DNA of 64,000 nucleotides from assembly GCA_049999805.1 (NCBI GenBank), contig JBNGIO010006265.1, positions 115,161-179,160 of the forward strand, read 5' to 3'. Positions within the stretch are counted from its first letter, which is position 1. Each line of letters opens with the position of its first letter. This DNA comes from Folioceros fuciformis (taxonomy: Eukaryota). Below the pieces are notes generated by a model that searched no databases, was not told where the DNA came from, and saw nothing but the letters and a program-made list of their open reading frames with translations. A program made the position numbers and the translations under genes. This document shows positions 46,952 through 60,551 of this stretch, piece after piece.

Positions 46952-47772
46952 AAGAGCCTTGAAACATCTGGATCCAAGTGTTGCGAGTGGCCATACACTG
47001 GCCAAGGATGTGGTGACGAGCTTCTTCTTAAGACCTGCATTTCCGACAAAATGGATCCTCTTCAATGCCCGAATAGCCATAAGCCCAGCCCAAAGTTGGG
47101 TGAGAAATGATGAGAGCTTATGGTCATGGAGACCAAGGCGTTGTAGCACCTAGGTGGAAGGGCCACTCTCCTAAGCACCACCCTCTTAAGGCCAGAAGCC
47201 TTAAGGCCAGAAGCCTTAGTTGAGGAAATCACGCAAAGGATGTAAGGACCATGAGGTACTGGTAATCTTGTAGAAGTTGACTTCTGCGCGGACCATCAGG
47301 TACAGGTAATCTTGCAGAAGTTGACTTCTGCGCGAAGGATGCAAGGACCGGAAGTTGATAGTCTGCACAAAGGATGTAAGAACCGTCATGTTTTTATGTT
47401 GCAGAAGTTGATAAAGGTAACATCCATAGTAGGGAGAAAAGTTATCTTGAACTTTCAGACAGCCCCCAAGAGCTCTCTTGCTTCGGGATGCATTGAGGTG
47501 TTTTGAACTGCAACAACATCTTTTGCCACTGCAGTAAGATTGCGCTGGGCCTTGGCTCATCCTTTGCTTTTTCATACAGAATTAATGAATTTTTGTTAGA
47601 ATGGATGCAGTACCAAGTAGTGCAAATGTAAACCCTAAGCCCTTGGTGGAAGAACGAAGTCCCTCGAGCAGCATTTCTGTTTAGTGTCTAGAGGCGTGAC
47701 TTGTGCTCCGGTCGCCGGTGAATCAACTGAAGGATTGCTTGTAGAAGGAGCGGATTCCCGATTTCGTGGAGA

Positions 47773-48788
47773 ATGGCAGGAAGACCTGGGATGCGGTTAC
47801 TGCACCTCCGAGGCTTCTCTATTCTCCAACAGCTGCATTTGGAGGAGCTGTTGCTTCGAACTACGCACCACAACTGGTGCATCCTCAACGATGGGACGCT
47901 GCCTCCGTCCATTGTAATGGGAATCTCAGGGTACTGCGCCCTAGCTGAAGATGATGCTTGAGTCTGGTTTCAGGCTTGCTGTATCTGGGAGCTGAGAGTG
48001 CAACCTTTCCCTGCAGGCGTCCAGATCTGCTGCTCGATGTGAAGGCTGTCATGCGTGACCAGATCCCCGTTATCAAACGCTTTAGTGGAGGTGGAACTGT
48101 TGTGGTGGATGAGGGGACAGTTTTTGCCACCTTCATCTGCTCGCGAGATGCGGAGCCAGGGTTGCAGCTGTATCCTCGTCCCATAATGAAGTGGACTGAG
48201 GGCATGTACTCGTCTGTGTTCCGGGACGTTCCCGGGTTTCGGCTCCTAGAGCACGGTAAGCCACAGCTGGGGAACAGTAGTCTTGGTGTGGCTGTGTTTA
48301 GGTATGTGTGTGTGTGTGTGTTTGCAGACTATGTCATCGGTCAGATGAAGTTTGGAGGTAATGCACAGTCAATCATCAAAGATAGATGGCTTCATCACAC
48401 ATCCTTCTTGTGGGACTACGAGGCCACTCGAATGAGTTACCTGAAGTTTCCTGACCGGACTCCCCAATATCGCCAGGCAAGTCCCCTATTGTTTGGTTTT
48501 TTGTCTGCTATGCGATGCCTATGTGATGCTCGTCAGTATACCCACGAAACTGAATACCACAAGATCTCACAGGCTCGGCAGCATTCTGACTTCATTTGCC
48601 GGCTAAAAGATCATCTACCATCTCGAGATCTTTTTCTTGAATCTGTCATGCAAGCATTACATCAGAAATTTGAAGTGCAACACTGTGACCTGGCTGATAT
48701 TGACCAAAGCACAGCCAAGGAGTATATACACAGCACAAAGCAGCTCTCCTTGGATGAATTAGATGACACGCAAGCCGCCGTCGTTTGA
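47773..48788 (+). CDS. Lipoate-protein ligase A-like (biotin/lipoate ligase family), 4 exons
   Basis: ILQQLHLEELLLR, IVMGISG, KRFSGGGTVVVD, KFGGNAQS, HHTSFLWDY, PQYRQ|ARQHSDF; telo-box AAACCCTA near 47629. Confidence 0.88.
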
Positions 48789-50001
48789 AGTCCTTATTTT
48801 TTCATCTGATTGGAGCCATTGTATCCTGTCTTCAAACCCCATCCATTTCATCACTCCTTCTGTTCTTTTGTCAAGTTAACCCTTTTGACCTGCTCCTGCA
48901 TGAAATGTCCATTTCTGGCAGTTGTCACCAGGTTCTCTCCAATGATCCGTACCACTTACAGTAAGCTTCGTGGTAGTTTGTCCGTCATTTTTCCCGTTTC
49001 CCCGGTCACCCTTGCAACAGTTCAACCTCCAACGCCTATCCACTTTGGATTGGGTCCACTTTGGACGTAGTGCCACTGTAACTTCTGACATGGGGGGCTG
49101 TCGCGTAGGACTGGTAAAGAAACAGGCCAAAAGGCAGAGACGGATCCTGTTGGCAAGAATGGTGAAAGAAACAGGGCCCTGATGATCTCTAAAGCGGGCA
49201 TGGCATAAATGAGCCCTGGCAGCACCGACGTAAGGACACCTGGAGACAGATAATCTGCCCTCGTCTAGCTGAAAACCTTATGCGATGTTCTGCGTACCTA
49301 GCCACTAGTGACGATTCGGGAGAAGTAACAGCTTACCAAGTGAGCATAGGAAGGTCTCCTACCGCATCTCATTACCAGCTTCCACGCCATTGCCTAAAGC
49401 TTTCATCTGGTTGTGTGCATTGAGTTGCTCCCTGAAACCTTCGTTCTCTCACGATCCAGACCCACCGTCCAATTATCCATCTTGTCGCACCAATGTTTCA
49501 GCCTACACTAGTTTCCAACGAAGAAAGCTCGTGCTGCGTCCTTATTCCCGGCTGACTCTCCGTCGACCTTCTTCTTGTTCAAAAACTAGACTGGCGGATT
49601 TCACTAGAGTGTTCACCCTTTGGCGGCCTGCGCACACTAAAATTAGCGCGTCTGCACGACGATGTCGCATCTCACAGCAGCTGTCAAATTTCACGGGCTA
49701 TTCCTGAGCATAATGTAGAGGAACGAAGTAGAATAGAGAAATTAGGCAGGATCTATGTCCAGGAATTCAGTCGAAAGGAAAGGAGCATTTGCAGTATGAC
49801 TGAGTGGAGACCATATCAACATCCCCTTCGATAGCTATGCGATTTCGATATGTGACCAAGGCTCTGTCAAGCCATGCATAGCCAGCACATACCAAATCTA
49901 CATGAACTACATGACATCCAAGTCGCTGTGATGTGCTGTCGGCTCATTTTTTTTTCGATTTGATAATATCCAGTTCCCTCAATTTTCAGAGACCATCGAC
50001 T

Positions 50002-53000
50002 TCAAGACTCTAGTTCCAGTTCCAACAATCCCATGTCCAGTTCCCCTTCGGACCAGCTTCTGTCTGAACTTTTATCCAAAAGGTCTGATTGAATTGCTGG
50101 TGGCTGCTGCAAAGTAATCTCACCAGGTTCTCGTTCACGATCTGTGCCAGCAGCCAACTGAGTTTGACCAGGCTCGTCAATGTCCAGCAGTGCTCCAATG
50201 TCCGTCTCACCTGTCAACATGGCACCAGTTAACAGCCCTTTTCTTAGAACCTTGAGTGGCGTGTGCTTCTCTACTCTTTACGACACTGGATGTGACTGCT
50301 GGATCATGTACCTTCTGACATTTGGGATGTGGGATGGTCTTGCAGTTGGACTTCCTTTGCAGCCAGTGACGAGTACCTTCTCAGCTTGAAGAATCTTGTG
50401 CTAAGGTCTTCCTCCAGGCTTGGACGTCTATAAATTGTGCCTGGGTTCATGCTTACGGCACCTACTCAAGCCCACGAGCGAATCAAAAGCTTTTAGTACC
50501 ATAGCACGCCTTTAGTACTCAAACAAGAGGACGCTAGTGAATCTTCAAAAGATTACCTGCCACTTCACCCGGAGATAAGGGGGGACTTGGCTGTGCGGGT
50601 GGTTGGGTAATCATGAAAGATGCGCCAGAGGATTCAGAGGATGATGCGGGTGAGTCGCTCCGCAAAGCTTTCGAAATCATAGACAGAGCAACCGATTCTG
50701 TCGCCTCTACCCTTCTCAAATGCCGCCGACTGCAAAACCAAGTCTTCCAATTACGTGAAGTATTCAACACCCAACATGAGAAGTTACATTTCAAATGCCA
50801 CTGCTTGCTTACCTTAGTAGCACGTTCCTGATGTCTTCTTCCAGTGCAGCTTGTACACCAGTGTCGGTCTTTGTATCTGGTTGGCCTCTTATAAATGATC
50901 GGCCTTTTAGTTCTGGTTGGCCTTGTGAGGATGATTGGCCTCTTACTTCTGATTGGCGACGACTATGTGGCTGGTCAAATTCATCTTTGTCCACTGCAAC
51001 CGGCCACTCAGCTTTGGTTGGCTCCTCTGCACCTCTTGCCGCTTTACTGGGCCCTGCACCGGGCACTTCAGCCCCATATCTTGCGGCCAACTCTCTACCA
51101 AGTACATGGGCTTCTTCATCTGTAGTGGACAGTTCAGGGAATGGAGCCAAAGCGGCTGCCAGCATTGCCTCATGCAGAGGATCAGACGAGGGTGTGCTGG
51201 GAGTGGAAGGCGATGGTGGAGAGCTCGGTCTTTTCAGACTTCTCTCTTGCTTTACACTGGGTAGCATCTTGGCACCTTGAGGGTCAGAGCGATCATGCTG
51301 TGGTTCGCTCGTGTAATGCCATTCTTCCATTTTGCCATATTCCGGAGCGTGGTGAGCATAACCAGATTCGCGTTCAATTCTGCCTTCCTGAATGATCTTC
51401 TGGCCATCGGAAGGCTCAGAGTACCCTGATGGGCTACTGCTTGGAAACGCGGATGAAGATTTCTTGGGAGCAGACTCTTCTTCACGTGTTCTCCCCAAGC
51501 CAAGTTCGCCTTCCTGAGCTTCCATATACGTGGGCTGGGAGTACCCAGCTTTACCACTTCCTGGAGCAGATTTTCCTTCACGTGATGTATCCCAGCCAGG
51601 TTCGCCCTCCGCAGTTGTCATCTGGCCGTATACAGGCTCATAGTAGCCAAATTTGCTTCTGCTTGGAACCGACTGAAGTGCAGATACTACCTTCTTGGAA
51701 GGAGGAGCTCCTTCACCGTCCCTTCCAAGCAACATATGAACATACTTTATTGGATCCTCATCATCCATAGTTGTTTGCACGCTCCTTGTCATCTCTGCGT
51801 CGGTTTGAATGCTAGCATACTTTCTTTCTGCGAGAATGGTCTGCACACTAGCATATTTCCTTTCCGAGGCAGTTGTCTGCGATTCACCGTAATTCTCAAA
51901 CTTGCTAGTCTGCACACCAGCATATTTTCCTTCAGAAGAGATGGTTTGGATACCGGCATATCTCCTCTCGTTGGTCTGAGATTCAGCATATCTCCTGTCG
52001 TAGTCAGAAGTTTGCACTGCTGCATACTTCAAGTCATAGTCAGTAGTTTGTACTCCCGCGTATTTTTGCTCATATCCCGTTGTCTGAACGCCCACAATGG
52101 ACACACGGTTGACCGGGGTCTGCACACCAATATCTCTCTCCTGATATCTATCAGATTCCTGTGACAAAGGAAAATCGCCCCCAATGACCCTTGATGGTTC
52201 TGCCTGGTATTCCCTAGCGGATACAGGGTAGTCATCACCATCAGGCTCCACACTCTCCTGATGTTGCATTCGCTCATAATTCCTGCACATTGCAAAAGAC
52301 TCAACTGAATCAGAACTCCATACACACAAGAATTCCCAGTTTGGTGAGTATTAATAGATTTTGGGTTACTTTGTCTGACAAATGCCTACCTTTCCTGGTC
52401 GCTGAAGACGTTCTTCAACATAATTTCCTTCAGAGCATGTCCCAATACCTCGTCTTCCAGGTCTCTTCTCTCTTTTGTTAAGTCTTCCTCCAACGATTTG
52501 AGTGTCGTTGGTTGATATTTTGGATCAAAAGCTGGATCAGTATCCGAGTGGAATTCGTCGGACTCATACCGTTCGTCAGAAGATTCTGCTGTTGTTTCCT
52601 TTCCACCAGTTTGGCTCAACTGTTCCCTGTTGAGGCGTAGGTTTAAGGTATCTTCTTGCACCTCTGCTGTGAGAGTTTCGTTGCCTGCACGATCCTTGCT
52701 GAGGCGTAGTTTTAAGATCTCTTCTTGCACTTCTGCTGTGAGTGTCTCGATGAACCCATCAAAGTCAGCGTCTTTTAGTGCACTTGTAAGAGGAGATGGT
52801 CCTGATGATTCGACATGCTCATCTTCAGCACCATTGGGTCCACTCTCAAGGTGTTTCACAGGAATGTTGGGGTCAGGATCAGAAAGGAGGGGCCTGACTG
52901 GATGAGAAAGGCCACTCAAGTGATGTAACAGTCCTCCTCCGGGCACACCGAATGGAGGGCCACCTTTTCTGTTCTGGCGATGGGTTGGAGGGTATTTCAT

Positions 53001-56000
53001 CTCTTTCTCACGACGCATATCAAGGGCCCAGTCCTCTTCCTGTTCGGCAGGCGGGGTTCTAGATCTGGATCCGGGAGAACTGATAGGCCTCTTTTTCTTG
53101 AAGTGATCAAAATGCCCTCCTCTGGGAACGGCGTATGAATCGCCTCTAATTCTGCTCTCGGGATGAGTGACTGGGTACATCATTTTCTTCTCATTGTTTA
53201 GAACCCTGTCAGGAACCTCATCGTCTGCCTGTTCAGAAAAAGGACTTCTGGATCTAGATCTGGATCGTGGAGTACTGGTAGGCCCCTTCCTATTCAAGTG
53301 ATCAAAATGTCCTCCTATTGGTGCAGTGTATGGACGGCCACCAATTCCTCTTTGAGGATGGGTGATTGGATACTTCATCCTTTTCTCATTGTCAAGACCC
53401 CTGTCAATGACCCAATCGTCTACCTGTTCAGAAAGTGGGCTTCTAGATCTGGATCGTGGAGACCTGTTACGCCCCTTCCTTTTATGATGGGAAACAGCCA
53501 GACCCTTATGACTAAGAGTGGAACTGGAGTCAACAGTGTCTTGTCGACTTCCACCTGCCTTCAGATACAGGTGACCTACATTCTGTGGATGAGAGTACGT
53601 TGTAGGGATGTGAGCTTTATGTTGAAACTTTTTCCTTGGAAGTGATACCCCATAAATTTCAACCAGTCTCTTGTCTTTCACCAAACGCTTCCATTCAGAC
53701 TCAAGCTGGTTCCTACGTTTTTCAGCTTTCTGCCCCAATCGTACGAGAGGCTGGAGGCTCGTCTCATCTTCAAACTGCTTGCCGAAATCAATAACTGGTT
53801 TCCTGTTACTGTGGCCTATATCATGCTTCTTTGCCTTGGGTTTGTCAGCGGTGTTTCTGCTCCCCTTGGACTTGGGGACGGGATATAGATCCCTCTCTGG
53901 TTCATATGGGTTATCGAAATCAATTACAGGACCAGTGATCTGCCACTTCTCAACCTTCCTCTTCGCTTTGTCTGACCCTTGCTTCATCTTTGCCTTGCTC
54001 TCAGCAGCTGTGACTACCCGCCTTAATTGCTTAGGCCCCACTGCTACTTTCCTGGACTTTTTCGTAGAGGGAGATGCTGGTTGCTTTACGGGATGTACAT
54101 CACCTGCCAGTCCCCTCCTTGAGATCGGTGTCTGTCGTACACCAGGTCCCATCCACTTCGTTGGGGCACCAGCTTTAAACAGTGACTCAGGAGGCCGCAC
54201 TTCCTTTCTCCGGAGCGCTGCACTAACAAAGTGATTCCTTCCCGGTCTAGTCCCCTCTGGACCCTCCACAGAGTGATGAGGCTTGGTTTTCGCAGCCAAC
54301 CTCTCAAACCTCGGCGCAACGACATCCACTCGTTTGGAGGAATGTTGACCTGTGCCTGTTGCCACTTCTGTGGCTTTTTTGAGCATTGCCTGAACCTCCT
54401 TCACAAGCTTTTCAAGCTGTGAGTTTCTACAAACTGGTGGTGCTACAACAGGCCTCTTAAGCAATAGCTCACGAACATTTCCTTCCGAGGCAATGATATC
54501 TGGATATCGGTGTTTGACTGCGCCAGTAGATGCGTGGGAAATATTCCGAGAGCTGGGCTGACTTATCCTTTTGTTCCCCTGAAGACTTGTTGAGGGCCCA
54601 ACCTTCCTTCTCTTAGTACGTGCGCCGGTATCCACGCGCGCAATCCTTGACTCCACCTCTTGGCGAAGGCTGTTGAGGAACATCTCATCCTGGGTTTCTC
54701 CCTGGAATAGCGTAAGGCAACCGAGTTCATTCCAGTTGAAACAGGAACAATCTTCTGTTGAGAGTGACGTTTAGCAGGAGTTACATTTACCTGATACCCT
54801 GGCGCAAGGCAAGGCTCTTGCCAGCACTTCAGCAGCTGCTTGTCCGTGGAAAGGGGTTGCTTGAAGCGGTGATATACTTCCTCGAGCTGCTTGATCCTGT
54901 CTCTTTCCCTCCTAATGTCATTCAACTCCTTCGGCCAGCAAAGAACACCACCGTCAGTGGCCTATTTGGTCACATCTAAGCAGAGAACTCACAAGGTAGG
55001 CTGGTGAATGGAATTGAAAAGCATGTGAGACAGGTCTGCAAAAACTCTAGGCATGGACCATGGACTAGAATATCGATCAAGTGGAACCTACATGATACTT
55101 GACAAATGTTCCAGTCAGAGAGCAATTTGGCCTCTACGTCGAGAGTGTGTGCGCGACGGCGAGGACTAACCTGGTGGAATTGATCGAAGTCTATGCCTCC
55201 CCCTATCATGTTTTTGACAGCCTCTTGTGCATAGACAGTCCGCCCAATCTGTGTCGCCAAGAACTGTCGCCATCTAGACTGGACCACTTCTTCAGGAACT
55301 GCATCCTGTGTGAGCCTAGTTACTGCCTGTGCAGCAGCTTCAACTGGTACATCTAGTCTTGTGTATCTACACGGTACGTGTTCATGCATCCATTTGCTTG
55401 ATTCACAATTTCCCACCAGCGCTTCGATGTCATCGGCCAGACCTGCAGCTGCGACAGCTATGCGCTTGTCCACATTAAAATGTGGCTCTTCTTTAGTTTT
55501 GCTTCGCTCGTGTTGACCCTGTGAAGTTCAAACGACTTCAGAAGACGAAACCATAAAGTCATGGCACTTTCTGCAAGCCACTGGATGATAGGCAGAACAC
55601 TGCTTTGCAAGACCCCACCAACTCGTCAACTCATGTCAAATAGCTGATTCTTTGGAAACTTTGAAAGTTGTGATCAGTCTCACCTTATGGGCCTGGCCCC
55701 GTTTTGATTGTTGCTTGCTCTTTGATAGGGGCTGAGATGCCTTCTTTTGAATTGGAAGCTTTGGACGTCCATACATGTTCCCACGATTCCAATGACAATC
55801 CCGAGAGAAAGCACATTCACCGCCGCTTCTTCCATTCTTGGAATCCAGATTGTACAGAAGTCTGGTCGCAGCTTCGAATCTTTTCTCTGTAGGATCTTTT
55901 GCCATCATCGCTTCTTTACTATCGCAATGTGGCACCAGCATGCACTGCGAAGGGTTACATTCAGGAGCTGGGTGCTGTTGCACAGCATCTAGCGATGGGC

Positions 56001-58470
56001 ATTCTGTATATTCTTCATGTATGTACGGGGCCTGGACGCTCACTTGTTCCTGCTTGTCCGATTGTACCTGGCAGGACTGGGGTGCGTAGGTAATGCTGAT
56101 TGGAGACCCCGGTGGAACTTCAAGCACCGTGTCGAAACGCTTAGACGCCGTATCCTGGGTGGTGGTAACCCAGGCAGTAAATGGTCCAGGACCTTTGTCC
56201 TCCGTTGGCTCGTTAGGACACATGCATGTTCCTCTGTCGCAAGTTCCCTCGTCCTCACTTGGAGATGATGACATATTGTCTGGAGGTCTCTTCGGACTCA
56301 CAGCACCTTCTGTATAAGAACCCTTCTGAACTGCTTCCTGGGGCATCTGTTTCTGTGAGGTTAAAGCAGCCATGATTGCTTGCAAGTAGGAGTGAGCATC
56401 GATCCCGCGTTCGCTGTTGTCCACGTCTTTAGGAGCTGCAGATAGCGGCCCTGTCAAAGCAGAAGCTTTCAGCTTCTCATCATATGTCTTCTGGAGCCTG
56501 CTCGATACGCCTCCTTGTAAGATGCCACGATATCCAAATGCATGCTTAGGTTCACCCTCCGTGCCCTGCATCTGTATTCACGATACAACAGGGGAGAGAA
56601 GCTCAAAACGTAGACCTGCGCGAATAATGCGAGCAGAACGAAAGGTGAAAAATATGTCATTCGGACCTGCAGGGCCTGCTTGATCATACGGGCCATCTTT
56701 GCCGAATTGATATCTTCCTTCGTACCTGCATTTCGGCCCTTCTTCCAACGAGACTCGACATTAGATATACTTTCAATCCTGTTTTTTTCTGAGAGCTCCG
56801 GAGCCTGTGTTTGCTTCTCCAAGCTTTTGCCATCAGGCTGTTTGGGCGTTCCGGCAATTTGGAATGTACTGAGCTGAGGAAGGACAGCAGCTTTGGTAGT
56901 TGCCAAGACCCGTGTCCCACCAGACCCATTAGTCGCAAGATTGACTATTAGAGATCCGCTTGCATATACGGGCCCAGTTCTATCGATAGATGGAGTGGTT
57001 GCTTGACCAACTACCTGCTGAGTGCCTTCCAGTAGCGTTTGTATACCATCTCTGCAATGATATGCAATTTGGTGAGAAGCAGATATATTTACAGCTTCTG
57101 ACGTAGTAAGAGACCTGGTATCCTCTGCTACGTCTGACCTTGTACCTGTTGTTCTATGAACAGTGATATCATCGGAAACAGCTCGTCTCTGAGAAGGAGT
57201 AGAACCTGGTAGAAGTTCCTGAACCTCAACATCGTAGAAGTCAGGTCCTGACTGATTAGTGCCTCCCTTCTCTGCATACAGAACATGGCCAACATTGGAT
57301 GTGAACAAAGAGGTCGCTGATACGCGAAGAACTTGGTCGATGTGACATTCACATTGACTTTGTCCATTCCAGATAGCAGCTTTGCAACTTAGCTCACCAC
57401 AACCTTCACTACTACCGAGCGGCCCTTTTTCTGGAGATGTGCCATGATCCTTGTCTCCAGGAAGCCCCGCTATTGGAAGAATTCCCACCTCTGGCCTTGA
57501 TTGATCCCCTGCAACTGTGTACAACTCCTCGAAACCAGAATCCTTCGATGACGACACCTCAGCAGGTCGGGCAGCTTGACGATTATCCTCCTGGCTGGCC
57601 CTCATGTCTTTCCGCTGCTCAGCCTCATTCGGGACAGAATGGCTTGGTCCTGCACTGTTAATACTGTCCCAAACTGCATCGTCATCCTGGCTGCCAGAAT
57701 CCTCACTGCCTTCATCAGATACTTCTCGTGCATCAGTATGTTCGCCGTCATGAAATGGAACGGAGTTGATTCTAGAGAGTTCGTCATGAAATCGTCGCAG
57801 TTCAGCGCGGAGCTTCCGCAACCCTTTTATTCTTGCCATAGCCCTCAGGTTTCTGTAACAGTTGCTAGTCAAACGGGACTTGCAGCCGAAGCCATGAAGC
57901 CGAATTCAAAGTTCAGTAAACTGCCTGCTATTTGCCCAATTATATCTGCCTCTGCAACGAGATGAGCTTGAGGTGCCAATTTTGCGCAGTCCTTGCAATG
58001 CCTCTCGTTGGCAAACTTGCCATAATGATTCTCCTACCAAGTGAATGTTCCAAAACTGCAAAAGACAAGCTGTACCGTGGTTTGCTGCGTGGTGGGATTG
58101 TTCACGCACATGGAGGCAATTTGAGGCTCTGAAGTTTTATCAAAGAACTAAGCTCAGCTCCTTTAAACTGGTCACCTGACGGAATTGCCCGTCGGCAACC
58201 ACAGCAGCGCTGTACCGGAACGATTAGGGTCCAACGCGAGAGCAGAAATTCACGGTGGCCCTGATGCATCTCCTCTTCCTTGCAGCTGGACTACCCCTGG
58301 TAAGCAAATGGCAGAAGCTTCCAGTCTGAAACCGCGGATGAACATGAGCTAGGCGAGCCTGCAAGCCTCCAGCAGGTTGGAAGCGGGCACCCTGGCGACC
58401 ACTACATCAGCCTGCCCGAGAATTGTCCGAAAGCCAGTGATGGCACCTGCATTTTCCATTGTGCACCGCT
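50002..58470 (-). CDS. Very large multi-exon protein of unknown function, mostly low-complexity, with helical/coiled-coil patches and internal repeats
   Basis: Co-oriented long ORFs (467, 311, 165, 120, 765, 506 aa) separated by short intron-like gaps with GT/AG ends. Termini approximate; could be more than one gene. Confidence 0.65.
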
Positions 58471-59010
58471 GCATTGCTAAGCCTGGGAGAGTTGGCCGTG
58501 CGACAAAAAGACGGTGCTCAACAGATCCCAGCCTCATACAGCTACACCGGCCAATCAAGACAATCTTTGCACCTTACCGGCAGCTGACAAGATTGGCAAG
58601 AGGGAAACCCAGCAATTGTTCAGAAGGTGCCTGCACAACGATCACCATTTTTGTTACCATTCTACCGAAACGCCTTCACAGTACGCGGACTTCAGCCGAG
58701 TGTAAAGAAAGGTACCGTTGGATAACTTACGGTTGCAGCCACGGTAGCTTAGTACGTGTTATTTGAATTTATGCGTGCCCTAATTGGTGTTCTCCCTACT
58801 CCATATGTAGAGAGAGCAAAGAAAGGCGGCTGGCTAGAGGTACCAGCTGGAAGAGTACAGGAGGGAGCTGGAGGGGAAGAAGTAAAGAACAGTACAGATA
58901 GGGAGGGAGGTGTAGTAGGAGGAGCAATGTGTGCAGTGCAAATGCTGAAGTGTGAATGGTAGTGCATTTGTGAAGAGAGGGCAAGGGGGGAAAGATAGTG
59001 TGTTTGGACA

Positions 59011-60551
59011 ATGGGTTGTGAGGAGAAATGGTCTCCAGTAGTTCCCTCTCTTCTTCAAAGGTTTCCAAGACATCTTTACTCCTCTCCAAGTGTGTCTATT
59101 GTGGGTTATGAGCATTTCGGTCCCTCCAAGAAGATTATGGAGATGTCTACACCTCATTCTCCAATAGGTCATGTGTCTAAGGCGGGGACCCAATGCATTG
59201 GTGCTTATGCTCGTAGTTGTTTCTTTGGTGGCTCCAACTATAGGGTTATAGCAACTCCAAGTTGTACCTCAAGATTGTTCTCTAGTCCGCATATATTTGT
59301 TGCATCTGTGTCTGAGGGGAAGGCTAGTAAGCCTAAAGAAGGTAAAAGTGTGAATGATTTTCTAATTGATTTTCTCATGGGAGGTGTTTCGGCAGCAGTG
59401 TCAAAGACAGCTGCTGCTCCCATTGAGCGGATCAAGCTTCTCATTCAAAATCAAGATGAGATGTTGAAGACAGGTCGGCTTGCTAAGCCATACAAAGGTA
59501 TTGCAGATTGTTTTCAACGCACTATGTCAGAAGAGGGAACCATGGCTCTATGGCGTGGAAACTTGGCCAATGTGATCCGCTACTTTCCTACACAAGTACA
59601 TACTCACCTTGTCATCTTTCTTTTCATTTGTATTAGAATGATGTGCTAATTTATTGATAGTGAAAATAGTTTTTAAGTATATGTAAAGATTCTCTCTTCT
59701 TTCTGGTTCATAGCTTTGATAGTTTTTGAAGACTAAAAGAGGTCTATCTATTTCTTCTAACACGTTGCCCATCTCAAAATGTAGGCATTGAATTTTGCTT
59801 TCAAAGACTACTTCAAAGCTTTATTTGGGTATAAGAAAGAGAAAGATGGATATTGGAAATGGTTTGCTGGAAATCTAGCTTCCGGAGGTTTGGCGGGTGC
59901 AGTTTCTCTGTCATTTGTGTACTCCCTTGACTATGCAAGGACACGATTGGCAAGTGATTCGAAGTCCTCAAAAAAGGGAGGAGGAGAGCGTCAATTCAAT
60001 GGTCTTTTGGATGTCTACAGAAAGACCTTGAAAACAGATGGTATTGCTGGTCTATACCGTGGATTCAACATTTCTTGCGTGGGAATTGTGGTGTATCGTG
60101 GCCTATATTTCGGGATGTATGATTCACTGAAACCAGTTCTTCTGACGGGTAGTCTGGAGGTAAGTAAGCAAGTGCACTGCTATTTGATGATCGTTTGATC
60201 GAGGAGTTTGCTGCTGCGGGCTCAGCAGGTGATGCAAATTTGTGTCGTGAACAGGGTAGCTTTCTCGGAAGTTTCCTACTAGGATGGGCGATCACTATTG
60301 CGGCAGGGCTGGCATCCTATCCCTTGGATACGGTTCGTCGTCGTATGATGATGACGTCAGGAGAAGCTGTGAAATACAAGAGCTCGTATGATGCTTACAA
60401 ACAGATTGTTGCGAAGGAGGGCCACAAATCTCTCTTCAAGGGTGCTGGAGCCAACATCTTACGGGCAGTCGCGGGTGCCGGAGTGCTCTCCATCAATGAT
60501 CAGCTTCAGATGATGCTACTGGGGAAGTCGTACGGCAGTGGTGGTGGCTAG
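59011..60551 (+). CDS. AAC: Mitochondrial ADP/ATP carrier, 3 exons
   Basis: [49 protein letters not shown], signature RRRMMM, plant-type N-terminal extension. Confidence 0.96.

Noticed and set aside
48810-49707. Short ORFs between the lipoate ligase-like gene and the large unknown gene
   Set aside because: No coherent exon chain or family motif found.
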